Below are positions 1 to 10,000 of a DNA stretch of 64,000 nucleotides, piece by piece. A program made the position numbers and the translations under genes. Each line of letters begins with the position of its first letter. Position 1 is the stretch's first letter. Source of the DNA: an uncultured Alphaproteobacteria bacterium (GTDB lineage: Bacteria; Pseudomonadota; Alphaproteobacteria; Rhizobiales; Xanthobacteraceae); NCBI GenBank assembly GCA_963788095.1, contig CAWBFP010000034.1, forward strand, positions 25,540 through 89,539, written 5' to 3'. The notes under the pieces were generated by a model, which was not told where the DNA came from, did no database searches, and saw only the letters and a list, made by a program, of their open reading frames with translations.

Positions 1-126
1 GCGGCCGGGTCGACATAGCCCTTCTCGGTGAGGATGCTTTCGAGCGCGCGCACGCGCAGCTGCATCTCGTCGAGCTCCGAGCCGTGGTCGTGATCGTGGT
101 GGTGATCGTCGCGATCGTGTGACATG
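1..126 (-). CDS. N-terminal 42 aa of a His-rich protein resembling nitrile hydratase alpha subunit (MSHDRDDHHHDHDHGSELDEMQLRVRALESILTEKGYVDPAA); gene continues upstream of window
   Basis: Reverse-complement translation from ATG at ~124-126; His/Asp-rich leader followed by ELRVRALE..LTEKG..DPAA resembles NHase-alpha N-terminus; only a fragment visible. Confidence 0.35.
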
Positions 127-155
127 AAGGTATTCTACCAGCAAGGGGATTGCCG

Positions 156-932
156 ATGAAAGCCGCCGAACTGTTCGACCTCACCGGCCAGGTGGCCCTG
201 GTCACCGGCGCCTCCAGCGGCATCGGCGTGCGCTTCGCGGAAGTTTTGGCGGCGAATGGTGCCGCAGTGGTCGTGGTCGCGCGTCGGGCCGAGCGGCTCG
301 CCGCGCTCTGCGAGCGCATCGAAGCGGCCGGGGCTCGCGCGCTCGCGGTCGCCGCCGACGTCACCGATCGCGACGCCATGCGCCGCGCCTACGACGCCGC
401 CGAGCAGGCCTTCGGCACCGTCACCGTCCTGGCCAACAACGCCGGCATCGCCGTTGCGGGTCGTGCCGTCGAAACGGCCGAATCCGACTGGCGGCGCGTG
501 CTCGACACCAATCTCGACGCGGTGTTCTTCTGGGCGCAGGAGGCGGCGCGCCGCATGCTGGCGGCCGGCAGGCGCGGCTCGATCGTGAACACCGCCTCGG
601 TGCTCGGCTTCGGCGTCGCCAAGGGCGTGGCCGCATACGCGGTCGCCAAGGCCGGAGTGGTGCAGCTCACCAAGGCGCTGGCGATCGAGCTGGCGTTCAA
701 GGGCGTGCGCGTCAACGCCATCGCGCCCGGCTACATCGTCACCGAGATCAACCGCGAATGGCTCGCCGGCGAGGGCGGCAAGATGACGCGCGAAATCCCC
801 GCCGGGCGCTTCGGCGAGGAGCGCGACCTCGATGGCGCGCTGTTGCTGCTCGCCTCCGACGCCGGCCGCTATATCACCGGCGAGACGATCGTGGTCGACG
901 GCGGCCAGATCGTGGGCTTGCGCGGCGCGTAA
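156..932 (+). CDS. short-chain dehydrogenase/reductase (SDR) family oxidoreductase
   Basis: TGASSGIG Rossmann motif, NNAG, catalytic YxxxK (YAVAKAG); RBS aagggga upstream of ATG 156. Confidence 0.85.
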   Translation: MKAAELFDLTGQVALVTGASSGIGVRFAEVLAANGAAVVVVARRAERLAALCERIEAAGARALAVAADVTDRDAMRRAYDAAEQAFGTVTVLANNAGIAVAGRAVETAESDWRRVLDTNLDAVFFWAQEAARRMLAAGRRGSIVNTASVLGFGVAKGVAAYAVAKAGVVQLTKALAIELAFKGVRVNAIAPGYIVTEINREWLAGEGGKMTREIPAGRFGEERDLDGALLLLASDAGRYITGETIVVDGGQIVGLRGA

Positions 933-968
933 CCCCGGCACTTCCCTGCAAGCGAAGGGCGCAGGAGC

Positions 969-1436
969 TTAGCCGTCGGCCGCGATCGCCGGTGCCGCCA
1001 TTTCGTTGCGGCGCCGCGCTTCGCGCGGCGCATACCACAGATCGTGTGCCACCATGGCGACCGCCATCGCGACTACGAAGCCGATCACGCGCGGCGACAG
1101 CGTTGCCAGATTCTCGATCGCTGGCCCGGGACACAACCCGACCAGCCCCCAGCCCACGCCGAACAGGACCGAGCCGGCGACCAGCGGGCGGTCGATGTCG
1201 GTCCGGGTCGGCCACAGGTGCGAGGCTGCAAACGCCGGCGCGGGGCGCCGCCGTGCGAGCGCGTAGCCCGCGAAGGTGACGGCCAGCGCGCCCACCATCA
1301 CGAACGCGAGCGTCGGGTCCCAGCGCCCGAAAATGTCGAGGAAGCCGAGAACTTTCGCCGGCTGCGTCATGCCGGAGATCATCAGCCCGAACCCGAACAC
1401 GAGCCCGCAGGCGAAGGCGGCGAGGGCGATCGGCAT
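969..1436 (-). CDS. YeeE/YedE-family membrane protein (half-size, sulfur-compound transporter-like)
   Basis: 155 aa hydrophobic protein; Gly-rich TM segments typical of DUF395/YeeE-YedE; adjacent paralogous half. Confidence 0.65.
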   Translation of the reverse strand: MPIALAAFACGLVFGFGLMISGMTQPAKVLGFLDIFGRWDPTLAFVMVGALAVTFAGYALARRRPAPAFAASHLWPTRTDIDRPLVAGSVLFGVGWGLVGLCPGPAIENLATLSPRVIGFVVAMAVAMVAHDLWYAPREARRRNEMAAPAIAADG

Positions 1437-1439
1437 CGG

Positions 1440-1865
1440 TCAGCCTCCGATCACATGGCGCGTGACGGCGACGACGAGGACCGCTATCGCCATGAAGATC
1501 ATGGTGGCGGCGATCGACCGTGGCGAGAGCATGGCCATGCCGCAGATGCCGTGGCCGGAGGTGCAGCCGCCGGCCAGGCGCGTACCGAACCCGACCAGCA
1601 GGCCGGCGGCGATCACCACGGCCCAACTCGCGGGCATGTCCGGCAGCGGCAGCGGACGGCCGAACGCGGCGCTGATCAGCGGTGCGGCGATCAGGCCGGC
1701 GATGAACGCAAGCCGCCAAGCGCGATCGTTCGCGGGTCCGGTCAGCAGGCCACCGAAAATGCCGCTGACCCCGGCAATGCGCCCGGTGAGCAGCATCATG
1801 AGCACCGCCGCAAGCCCGATGAGCGCGCCGCCGATCAGCGCGGCCACTGGATCGAAAGCCGCCAT
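1440..1865 (-). CDS. YeeE/YedE-family membrane protein (second half-size paralog)
   Basis: MAAFDPVAALIGGALIGLAAVLMM..; start at internal ATG (aa 28 of ORF 1440..1946) preceded by GGAG RBS; 4-bp gap to previous gene. Confidence 0.65.
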   Translation of the reverse strand: MAAFDPVAALIGGALIGLAAVLMMLLTGRIAGVSGIFGGLLTGPANDRAWRLAFIAGLIAAPLISAAFGRPLPLPDMPASWAVVIAAGLLVGFGTRLAGGCTSGHGICGMAMLSPRSIAATMIFMAIAVLVVAVTRHVIGG

Positions 1866-1958
1866 GGAGTCTCCTTTCCGCCAACGATTCGAGGCGCGGA
1901 TGATGCCGCAGTGCATGGTCTGGTCAAATGCGCAACGCCGTCGCACCGTGCCAAGCGG

Positions 1959-2474
1959 TCAGTACGGCACCTTGTCCGGCTTGCTCACCCACTCGCCGAA
2001 CGGATCGAGGTCGTGCGGCCGCGCCAGCCGGGTCGCCGGGATCGTGCGCGCTGCCGGCGCGCGCGCGATCTCGCGGTAGATGAAGTCGTCATCGAAGCCG
2101 ATCGCGGCCGCCTCGGCGCGGGTATGGACAAAATAGATGTGCCGCAGCCGCGCCCAATAGATCGCCCCCAGACACATCGGGCAGGGCTCGCAGTTGCTGA
2201 AGATGTCGCAATCGGGCAGCTGGAAGGTCGCGAAACGCGCGCAGGCGCGGCGGATTGCCACGATCTCGGCATGCGCGGTCGGGTCGCCGGATGATGTCAC
2301 CTCGTTCCAGCCTTCGGCGATGATCTCATCGCCGCGCACGATCACCGCGCCGAACGGCCCGCCGACATTCTCCCGCATCTTCTGCAGGGCGAGCGCGGCG
2401 GCGCGTCGCATGAATTGGTCGTGGGCCACAGTGTCCGTTCCACCAACAGCTGGGTTGAAGGGCCGCGAACGCAT
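1959..2474 (-). CDS. nucleoside deaminase (CDA/dCMP/guanine deaminase-like zinc deaminase)
   Basis: HAE...PCxxC zinc-binding signature (PTAHAEIVAIRRA ... CEPCPMCLGAIYWARL); true start may be internal Met (MRRAAALAL). Confidence 0.75.
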   Translation of the reverse strand: MRSRPFNPAVGGTDTVAHDQFMRRAAALALQKMRENVGGPFGAVIVRGDEIIAEGWNEVTSSGDPTAHAEIVAIRRACARFATFQLPDCDIFSNCEPCPMCLGAIYWARLRHIYFVHTRAEAAAIGFDDDFIYREIARAPAARTIPATRLARPHDLDPFGEWVSKPDKVPY

Positions 2475-2491
2475 TCACGCCTGCTGGGCGC

Positions 2492-4462
2492 TCAGGGTCC
2501 GTCCAAGAGGTCGCGGATGCGCGCGGTGAGCAGCGGCGCGCGGATCGGCTTCTGAATAAGGGCGACGCCGGGGTCGAGCCGGCCCTGGTGCACGATCGCG
2601 TTGCGCGAATATCCCGTCATGTACAGCACCTTCATGTCGGGCCGCGATTTGATCACCTGATCGGCAAGCTGGCGTCCGCTCTTGCCCGGCAGCACGACGT
2701 CCGTGAGCAGGAGGTCGATCTTGCGCTCGCCCCGCTCGAGCAGGCCCAGGGCGGCTTCCGCATCCGCCGCCTCGAGCACGCGATAGTCGAACTCGCGCAG
2801 CGTGTCGACGATATAGGACCGCACGTCGCGGTCGTCCTCGACCACCAGGATGGTCTCGTGCGCCTCGCTGCCGGGGGCCTCGGCCGTGGGTTCCTGCTGG
2901 GCATCCGACCCGCGCAGCAGCCGCGGCAGGTAGATCCTGACGGTCGTGCCTTGCCCGACCTCGCTGTAGATCTTCACATGTCCGCCGGACTGCTTGACGA
3001 AGCCGTAGACTTGGCTCAGGCCCAGGCCGGTTCCCTGCCCCACCTGCTTGGTCGTGAAGAACGGGTCGAACGCACGCCCGACCACGTCCTCGGACATTCC
3101 GCTGCCGGTGTCGGTGATGGCAATCTGCACGTACTGGCCAGGCCGGACATCGGCGTGGCGCCGGCTGTATTGCTCGTCCAGATGCGCGTTGTGGGTCTCG
3201 ATCGTGAGCTTGCCGCCATCAGGCATCGCGTCGCGTGCATTCAGGGCCAGGTTCAGGATGGCGGCCTCGAGCTGGACCGGATCGATTTCGACGCGCCAGA
3301 GCCCGCCGGCGCCCACGGTCTCGATGTCGATGTTCTCGCCGAGGGATCGGCCGAGGAGATCGGCCAGCCCGTGCAACAGCTGATTGGCATCGATCACTCG
3401 CGGTTCGAGCGGCGCCTGACGCGAGAAGGCGAGCAGCCGCTCGGTCAGGTTGGCGGCACGCTGCGCCCCGCGCATGGCGTTGCCGATCGCGCGCCGCAAT
3501 CGCGGGTCGCCGTCGGTTGACGAGGCAAGCAGGCGCTGCGACAGCTCCAGATTGCCGATCACCACGGTGAGCAAGTTGTTGAAGTCGTGGGCGACGCCGC
3601 CGGTCAATTGCCCGATGGCTTCCATCTTCTGGGCCTGGAACAATTCGGCGCGCGCCTGCCGCAGCTGCTCATCCGCCTCGCGGCGCTCGGTGATGTCGCG
3701 CGTGACCTTGGCGTAGCCGACGAGCTCGCCGTTCTCGTCGTAGATCGGATCGATCAGCACGCTCGCCCAGAACCGGCTGCCGTTCTTGCGGACCCGCCAG
3801 CCTTCGGCCTCGAACTTGCCCTCGTTGGCCGCCGTCCGCAGCGCGTGCGCCGGCACCCCGGCTTTCCGGTCCTCCTCGGTGTAGAAGCGGGAGAAGTGAG
3901 AGCCGATCACCTCGTCGGCGCGGTACCCCTTGATGTTTTGCGCGCCGCTGTTCCAGTTGGAAATGCGCCCTTCAAGGTCCAGCATGTAGATGGCGTAGTC
4001 CTTCACGCTTTGCACCAGCAGCTGGAACTCGCGCGCCGCCTTGCGCAGCGCCTCCTGTGCGGCCCGCCGTTCGGTGATGTCGCGGGTGACCTTGGCAAAG
4101 CCGATCAGCTGTCCGGTCTCGTCGCGGACGGCGTCAAGCACCGCGACCGCCCAGAACACGGTGCCGTCCTTGCGCTCGCGCCAGCCCTCGTCCTCGAACC
4201 GCCCGGTTTCCGCGGCGGTGCGCAGCGCACGCGCGGGCTTGCCTGCCCGCCGGTCCTCCTCGGTAAAGAATTTCGAGAACGACTGGCCGATGATCTCGTC
4301 GGCGCTGTAGCCCTTCAGGCGCTCGGCACCGGGATTCCAGGTCGCGATCCGGCCTTCGCGATCGAGCATGTAGATCGCGTAGTCGATGATCGAGTCGACG
4401 AGCAACTGGTAGCGACGGCCGGCAGAGGCGAAGGGGAGGGTGCTGTCGGCTTTGTCGTTCAT
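2492..4462 (-). CDS. hybrid sensor histidine kinase: 2x PAS, HisKA, HATPase_c, C-terminal receiver domain
   Basis: Two PAS repeats (YAIYMLD..EGRI..WN.GAE..KGY), H-box (VAHDFNNLL), N/G1/G2 boxes (GSGM, GTGLGLS), REC with DVVLPGKSG / KVLYMTGY. Confidence 0.85.
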   Translation of the reverse strand: MNDKADSTLPFASAGRRYQLLVDSIIDYAIYMLDREGRIATWNPGAERLKGYSADEIIGQSFSKFFTEEDRRAGKPARALRTAAETGRFEDEGWRERKDGTVFWAVAVLDAVRDETGQLIGFAKVTRDITERRAAQEALRKAAREFQLLVQSVKDYAIYMLDLEGRISNWNSGAQNIKGYRADEVIGSHFSRFYTEEDRKAGVPAHALRTAANEGKFEAEGWRVRKNGSRFWASVLIDPIYDENGELVGYAKVTRDITERREADEQLRQARAELFQAQKMEAIGQLTGGVAHDFNNLLTVVIGNLELSQRLLASSTDGDPRLRRAIGNAMRGAQRAANLTERLLAFSRQAPLEPRVIDANQLLHGLADLLGRSLGENIDIETVGAGGLWRVEIDPVQLEAAILNLALNARDAMPDGGKLTIETHNAHLDEQYSRRHADVRPGQYVQIAITDTGSGMSEDVVGRAFDPFFTTKQVGQGTGLGLSQVYGFVKQSGGHVKIYSEVGQGTTVRIYLPRLLRGSDAQQEPTAEAPGSEAHETILVVEDDRDVRSYIVDTLREFDYRVLEAADAEAALGLLERGERKIDLLLTDVVLPGKSGRQLADQVIKSRPDMKVLYMTGYSRNAIVHQGRLDPGVALIQKPIRAPLLTARIRDLLDGP

Positions 4463-4849
4463 CGAGAAAACCCGGCCTGTAACAAGGCCGGAGGGCCGAA
4501 AATGTTCATTTTCGTCGCCGACAGGAGCTGTTGGGGCGAGGATAACGCGCTGCGGTCAGGATTTCGCCAGCCTCAGGGGGCGGCACCGATGCCGGCAGCT
4601 TGTCCGTGGAGCCGCCACATTGGTCGATCGGCGCGAAGGCGCGGTCGATCGTCCGGGACGGCCCTAGCCGCTGTGCTTTTCCCGCCAGCGCGGGCCTGGT
4701 CCGCGCATATAGTGGCGCTCCGGCCGGTAGCGGTCGAAGCAGTTGCGCTGGAGGCGCCGCCACAGCCTGCCGAGCTCACGCCGCCAGGCGGGGGCGCGTA
4801 GCCGCTGTCGCAGGGCCTCGGACAGGTGGGTGGGCAACGGAACTCTCCG

Positions 4850-5083
4850 TCAGTGCAACCGGCCGATCACCGACGCGAACGGCACCTCGAATACCTGGTC
4901 GCCTTCCTCGTCGATCACCTGCAGCTTCCAGGCCCGCCAATCCTCCGCGGTCGCCATCGCGACAATCCGCTGGACAAACCCGATCGCGTGGGCATGGGCC
5001 TCGACCAAATCTTCCAGATCGCTGCCGGACCGATCCGGCACGACCCGTTCGGGGCCTGAGCAGTGGAAATAGAGCTGGGCCAT
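4850..5083 (-). CDS. small conserved hypothetical protein (DUF6894-like; MAQLYFHCSG..DLEDL..EVPF)
   Basis: 77 aa; pattern YFH..G....D..G.EL.DL...........W...V.DE.G..V.EVPF recalled from a small family common in Rhizobiales near signalling genes; family assignment from memory. Confidence 0.35.
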   Translation of the reverse strand: MAQLYFHCSGPERVVPDRSGSDLEDLVEAHAHAIGFVQRIVAMATAEDWRAWKLQVIDEEGDQVFEVPFASVIGRLH

Positions 5084-5219
5084 GGGGCGCCTCGTGCGTT
5101 TCCAAACGCATCCGGATTATGCCGATTCTCGTGCGCGAACGTTGTGACAAGGCTCACACAGGCAGCGGATTATCGTACACCGTGGCGCCGGGGCAACACC
5201 TGTGTCCTGGATGCTTCAT

Positions 5220-5264
5220 GGCACACGAGTAGTCCGGGTTGGTAGCACACGAGTTGTCCGGTTT
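5220..5264. promoter_or_regulatory. tandem imperfect 21-bp direct repeat (G/A)GCACACGAGT(A/T)GTCCGG(G)TT x2 in intergenic region
   Basis: Read directly between DUF6894-like gene and hypothetical 5484 gene. Confidence 0.25.
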
Positions 5265-5483
5265 GATCCCTGGCGCAGGAGCAGGGCGATGAACCGGACA
5301 GCGTGCCTAGAAGGACCGCAGGATGCTGAGTTTTGGGATGTTTTGAGCCCATTGGGAGTGGGGCGAGCTGTCGCTGCTGGAAGCAGGCGAGCTGCTTGGC
5401 ATGTCTGAGCGGCAGAGCCCGACTGTCCATCACGTGCGGAGGAGAGTCATACTGCCGCGGGGGGCGATCCGGAGGACGGGCCG

Positions 5484-5723
5484 ATGGCCTGCGAAGACCT
5501 GGTTGCCGCCTGCTTCGCCGACGAAGCTCAACCGCTAGCCGTACCGGAGCTCAACCGCGAGCGGACGCTCAAATATCTCGCGTGCTGTTACGCCCAAGGG
5601 CTGTCTTGGGAGGACGCGCGCCGGCAGATCGAGACCTGCCTCGCGCAGCAGGGCGTCCCGCGCGAGGGCATCGTGCGGCAGCTCAAGCTCGCCGAGCCGC
5701 TGCTGGCGCCCTGGCTGGGCTAG
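5484..5723 (+). CDS. hypothetical protein (79 aa)
   Basis: ORF only; non-biased composition; no recognisable motif. Confidence 0.25.
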   Translation: MACEDLVAACFADEAQPLAVPELNRERTLKYLACCYAQGLSWEDARRQIETCLAQQGVPREGIVRQLKLAEPLLAPWLG

Positions 5724-5792
5724 CGCCGACCGCCCCGGTGGGCAAAGATCCGCGGCCCTTGCGCCCAAAATGGGCGCAGAGTACGTTGTCTC

Positions 5793-6117
5793 ATGCGGAT
5801 CATTGCCCGGCGTACGCTGCGAGAGTTCATAGCTGGCGCGCGCCGGTTCCAAAGATCAGCCGGCACTTAAGGCCGCGCTTGACGTCTGGTTCGCGGAAGT
5901 GCGGCGCGCGCGCTGGAGAACCACCGCCGATGTGCGGCGAGTTTACGCGACCGCGAGCATCGTCAGTGCCGACCGGATCGTGTTCAACATCAAGGGTAAC
6001 AGTTACCGTCTGGTGGTGTCCGTCGACTTCGAGAAGGGGATCGTCTGGATCAAGTGGATCGGTACGCATCGCGACTACGACCGTATCGACGTCACGCAGG
6101 TGGACCATGAAAAATGA
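5793..6117 (+). pseudogene. higB: type II toxin HigB (RelE/ParE superfamily), frame-disrupted: N-terminus MRIIARRTLREF in one frame, remainder (..LKAALDVWFAEVRRARW...VFNIKGNSYRLVVSVDFEKGIVWIKWIGTHRDYDRID) in +1 frame
   Basis: Both parts align to canonical HigB (MRIIS.KALREFW....LRAWYREVKAAEW...[34 protein letters not shown]); frame switch near 5830-5850; overlaps higA start by 11 nt. Confidence 0.65.
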
Positions 6118-6487
6118 TGTGAAACCCATCCGCACCAAGCGCGATTACGAATCCGCCTTGCAGGAGGTGGAGCGGCTGTGGGGTGCGAAGCTGGGCACGC
6201 CAGCGGGGGACCGGCTGGATGTGCTTGCGACATTGATCGACGCCTACGAAACGGCGCACTATCCCATCGACCCGCCCGATCCGATCGAAGCCATCCGCTT
6301 CCGCATGGAGCAGCAGGGATTGACGCGCAAGGATCTGGAGCCGCTCATCGGCACGCGCACCCGGGTCGCCGAGGTGCTCAACCGCAAGCGCAATCTTTCC
6401 ATCGGCATGATCCGCCGCCTACACGAGCGCCTTGGCATCCCGGCCGAGGTCTTGATCAGGCCGACGCGGGGACGGCGGGCGGCGTAG
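6107..6487 (+). CDS. higA: HigA-family antitoxin, XRE-type HTH at C-terminus
   Basis: 126 aa; C-terminal HTH (LTRKDLEPLIGTRTRVAEVLNRKRNLSIGMIRRLHERLGIP); toxin-first organisation with overlapping start. Confidence 0.7.
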   Translation: MKNDVKPIRTKRDYESALQEVERLWGAKLGTPAGDRLDVLATLIDAYETAHYPIDPPDPIEAIRFRMEQQGLTRKDLEPLIGTRTRVAEVLNRKRNLSIGMIRRLHERLGIPAEVLIRPTRGRRAA

Positions 6488-7011
6488 AGTTAAGCGCGCG
6501 GCGCCAAACCACTCGTGCGCAACCGCCAGCGTGTGTAGGCGCCGTTTGGCTGCCTTGCCGCTAGGCACGAGGTCTATGCATCAATTGCGCGGTGCGCAAC
6601 GTAGTACGGCCGCCGCGCGACCGAGCTTGGGAGCGGATACCCGGCAGCAATCGATTGGAACGCTCATTGAACTTTTGCTCCGCGTATGTTGGAAGCAGCA
6701 GCATTCTTTCCCTCCCGGCGATGGCGTGACGTACTGGCGAAAACCCAAACTCGCCAACTGCGGTCAGGGGCTTGATGGCAGATTGCTGCGATGCGGCAAG
6801 TTGCGTGCCGGAGGTGAGGCCCGAAATTTCCGAAGCGCCGCCGGCGCGAGAACGAAATTGACCGCAGGGCGTTGAAGTGTCAGCTTTTCTACCGTTTGCC
6901 CCTCCGACTCGACGAAGCCGTTTCCTATATAGATCACCGGCAAGCGGGGCGGCGGCGCCGGGCGCTCCCGGCCATGACGATTGCGGGGCAACGGTGCCCC
7001 CGAGGCCGACG

Positions 7012-10000
7012 ATGACCAGCAACCAAGTCACCCTCGACGACAAATACGACCTCACCAAGAGCCGCGTGTTCGTCACCGGTTATCAGGCGATCATCCGCGC
7101 GACGTTGATGCAGAGGGAGCGCGACCGGCGTGCCGGCCTCAACACCGCCGGTTACGTCACCGGCTACCGTGGCTCGCCGCTCGGCGGCCTCGACCAGCAG
7201 TTCATGCGCGCCGCCAAGGTTTTGGTTCCGAACGATGTGATCTTCCAGGCCGGCCTCAATGAGGACCTGGCCGCGACGGCGCTGTGGGGCACCCAGCAGG
7301 CGGAGCTGCGCGGCGAGGGCAAGTACGACGGCGTGTTCGGCATCTGGTACGGCAAGGGCCCCGGCGTCGACCGCACCGGCGACGTCTTTCGCCATGCCAA
7401 CCTTGCCGGCACATCCAAGCATGGCGGGGTGCTCGCCCTGATGGGCGACGACCATACGGCGGAATCATCGACCACCGCGCACCAGTCGGAATTCCACTTC
7501 GTCGACGTGATGATCCCGATCCTCAATCCGGCCGGCGTGCAGGAGATCATCGACTACGGGCTCTACGGCTGGGCGATGTCGCGGTTCACCGGCGCCTGGG
7601 TCGGGCTCAAGTGCATGCACGAGACGGTGGAATCGACCGCCGTCGTCGACGGCTCGATGGAACGGCTGAGGATCGTCACGCCCGACGATTTCCAGATGCC
7701 CGAAGGCGGGCTCAACATCCGTCTGGTCGACACCATCCTCGGCATGGAAGCGCGGCTGCAGGACTTCAAGCGCGACGCCATGCTCGCCTTCGTGCGCGCC
7801 AACAAGCTCAACCGCTACATCACCTCGGGCGGCCGCAACCCGAAGATCGGCATCATCACGGTCGGCAAGAGCTACCTCGACGTCCGCCAGGCGCTCGACG
7901 AGCTCGGCATCGACGAGGTCAAGTGCAACGACTTCGGCATCCGGCTCTACAAGGTCGCCTGCCCGTGGCCGCTGTCGCAGCGCGAGCTCAAGGAATTCGC
8001 CGACGGCCTCGACCTCATCATCGTGGTCGAGGAGAAGCGCTCGCTGATCGAGGTGCAGGTGCGCGAGGAGCTCTACGGCACCGCCAACCAGCCTACCTGC
8101 ATCGGCAAGAAGAACGAGACCGGCGACTGGCTGTTCCCGGTCAAGGGCGCGCTCGACCCCAATGACGTCGCGGTCTGCATCGGCGAGCGGGTGCTCAGAT
8201 ACGGGCACAACGAGGCGATCGCCGGCCACGTGGCGCGGCTCAGAGAAGCGCAGCGCGCGCTCGGCGAGATTGGCGACGTCGCGCAGCGCATTCCCTATTT
8301 CTGCTCAGGCTGCCCGCACAACACCTCGACCGTGGTCCCGGCGGGCATGCGTGCCTATGCGGGCATCGGCTGCCATTTCATGGCGCAGTGGATGGACCGC
8401 AGCACGCTCGGCTGGACCCACATGGGCGGCGAGGGCGCGAACTGGATCGGCGAGGCGCCGTTCTCAAAGCGGCCGCACGTGTTCCAGAACCTCGGCGACG
8501 GCACCTACAACCACTCCGGCTACATGGCGATCCGCGCCGCTGCCGCGGCCGGCGTCAACATCACCTACAAGATCCTCTACAACGACGCGGTCGCGATGAC
8601 CGGAGGCCAGCGCAACGAAGGCGGGCTGACGGTGCCGCAGATCGCCCGGCAGGTGGCGGCCGAGGGCGCCAAGGTGATCCGCGTCGTCACCGACGAGCCG
8701 TGGAAATACCCCAAGGACATCGATTGGCCGAAGGGCCTCACCATCCACCATCGCGACGAACTGATGGCGGTGCAGACCGCGCTCGCCGAGGTGCCGGGCC
8801 TTACCGTGCTGATCTATGACCAGACCTGCGCGGCCGAGAAGCGCCGGCGGCGCAAGCGCGGACAGTTCTCGGATCCCGACAAGCGGGTCGTGATCAACGA
8901 CCTCGTGTGCGAGGGTTGCGGCGATTGCGGCGTCAAGTCGAACTGCGTCTCGGTGCAGCCGCTCACGACCGAGTTCGGCCGCAAGCGGCGCATCGACCAG
9001 TCGAGCTGCAACAAGGACTACTCGTGCCTGAAGGGATTCTGCCCGTCGTTCGTCACCGTGCACGGCGCGCAGCTCAAGAAGGGCGAGGGGGTGAAGGAGG
9101 CGGACGACCTGCCGGCCTTGCCCGAGCCCGCGCTGCCGCCCCTCGGCAAGACCTACAACATCATCATCACCGGCGTCGGCGGCACCGGCATCGTCACCAT
9201 CGGTGGCGTGCTCGGAATGGCGGCGCACCTCGAGGGCAAGGCGGTCGGCATCATCGACCAGGCCGGGCTCGCGCAGAAGGGCGGCGCGGTCTACAGCCAC
9301 ATGCGGCTGGCCGGCCACCCGGACGACATCCACGCGATCCGGGTGGCGGCGGGCGGCGCCGACCTCGTGCTCGGCGGCGACATGGTCGTCGTCGGCACCA
9401 AAAAGGTGTTGGCCGCGATCCGCAACGGCACGCGCACCATCGTCAATCTCGCCGAGTTCCTGCCGGGCGATTTCACCCGCAATGCCGACTTCTCGCTGCC
9501 GACCGAGCGGCTCAAGCGCGCGATCGTGGGTGGGGCCGGCCGCGAGGCCACGTGCTTCGTCGATGCCACGCGGCTCGCGGTCGCGCTGCTCGGCAACTCG
9601 ATCGGCGCCAACATCTTCCTGGTCGGCTATGCCTACCAGCTCGGCGCGCTGCCGCTCTCGGCGGCCGCCATCGAGGAGGCGATCGAGCTCAACGGCGAAG
9701 CGGTGGCGATGAACAAGGCGGCGTTCCGCTGGGGCCGGCGCGCCGCGCTCGACCAGGCCGCGGTCGAGGCGTTGGTCACGCCCAAAGCCGAGGCCGCGAG
9801 CGACTCGCGGCGGCTGTCGGAATCGCTCGACGAGGTGGTCGACCGGCGCGTGGCCTTCCTCACCGACTACCAGAACGAACGCTATGCCTCGCGCTACCGC
9901 AGCGCGGTCGACAAGGTCAGGGCGGTCGAGGCTGCCAAGGCTCTGGGCGAGACCGGGCTTGCCGAAACGGTCGCGCGCTACCTGTTCAAGCTGATGGCCT

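Noticed and set aside
874-2294. Long overlapping ORFs (874..1884 -, 1044..2294 +, 1276..2079 +) rich in Arg/Pro/Ala
   Set aside because: These are antisense or off-frame reads of real genes in high-GC DNA with compositionally biased proteins. The same explanation applies to 8464..10098, 10469..12184, 12097..13842, 17359..19293, 41603..44164, 41953..45390 and 55224..56069.
5333-6487. 384-aa ORF
   Set aside because: It is a chance upstream extension. Only the last 126 aa (HigA) show protein-like composition and a proper start overlapping the higB stop.
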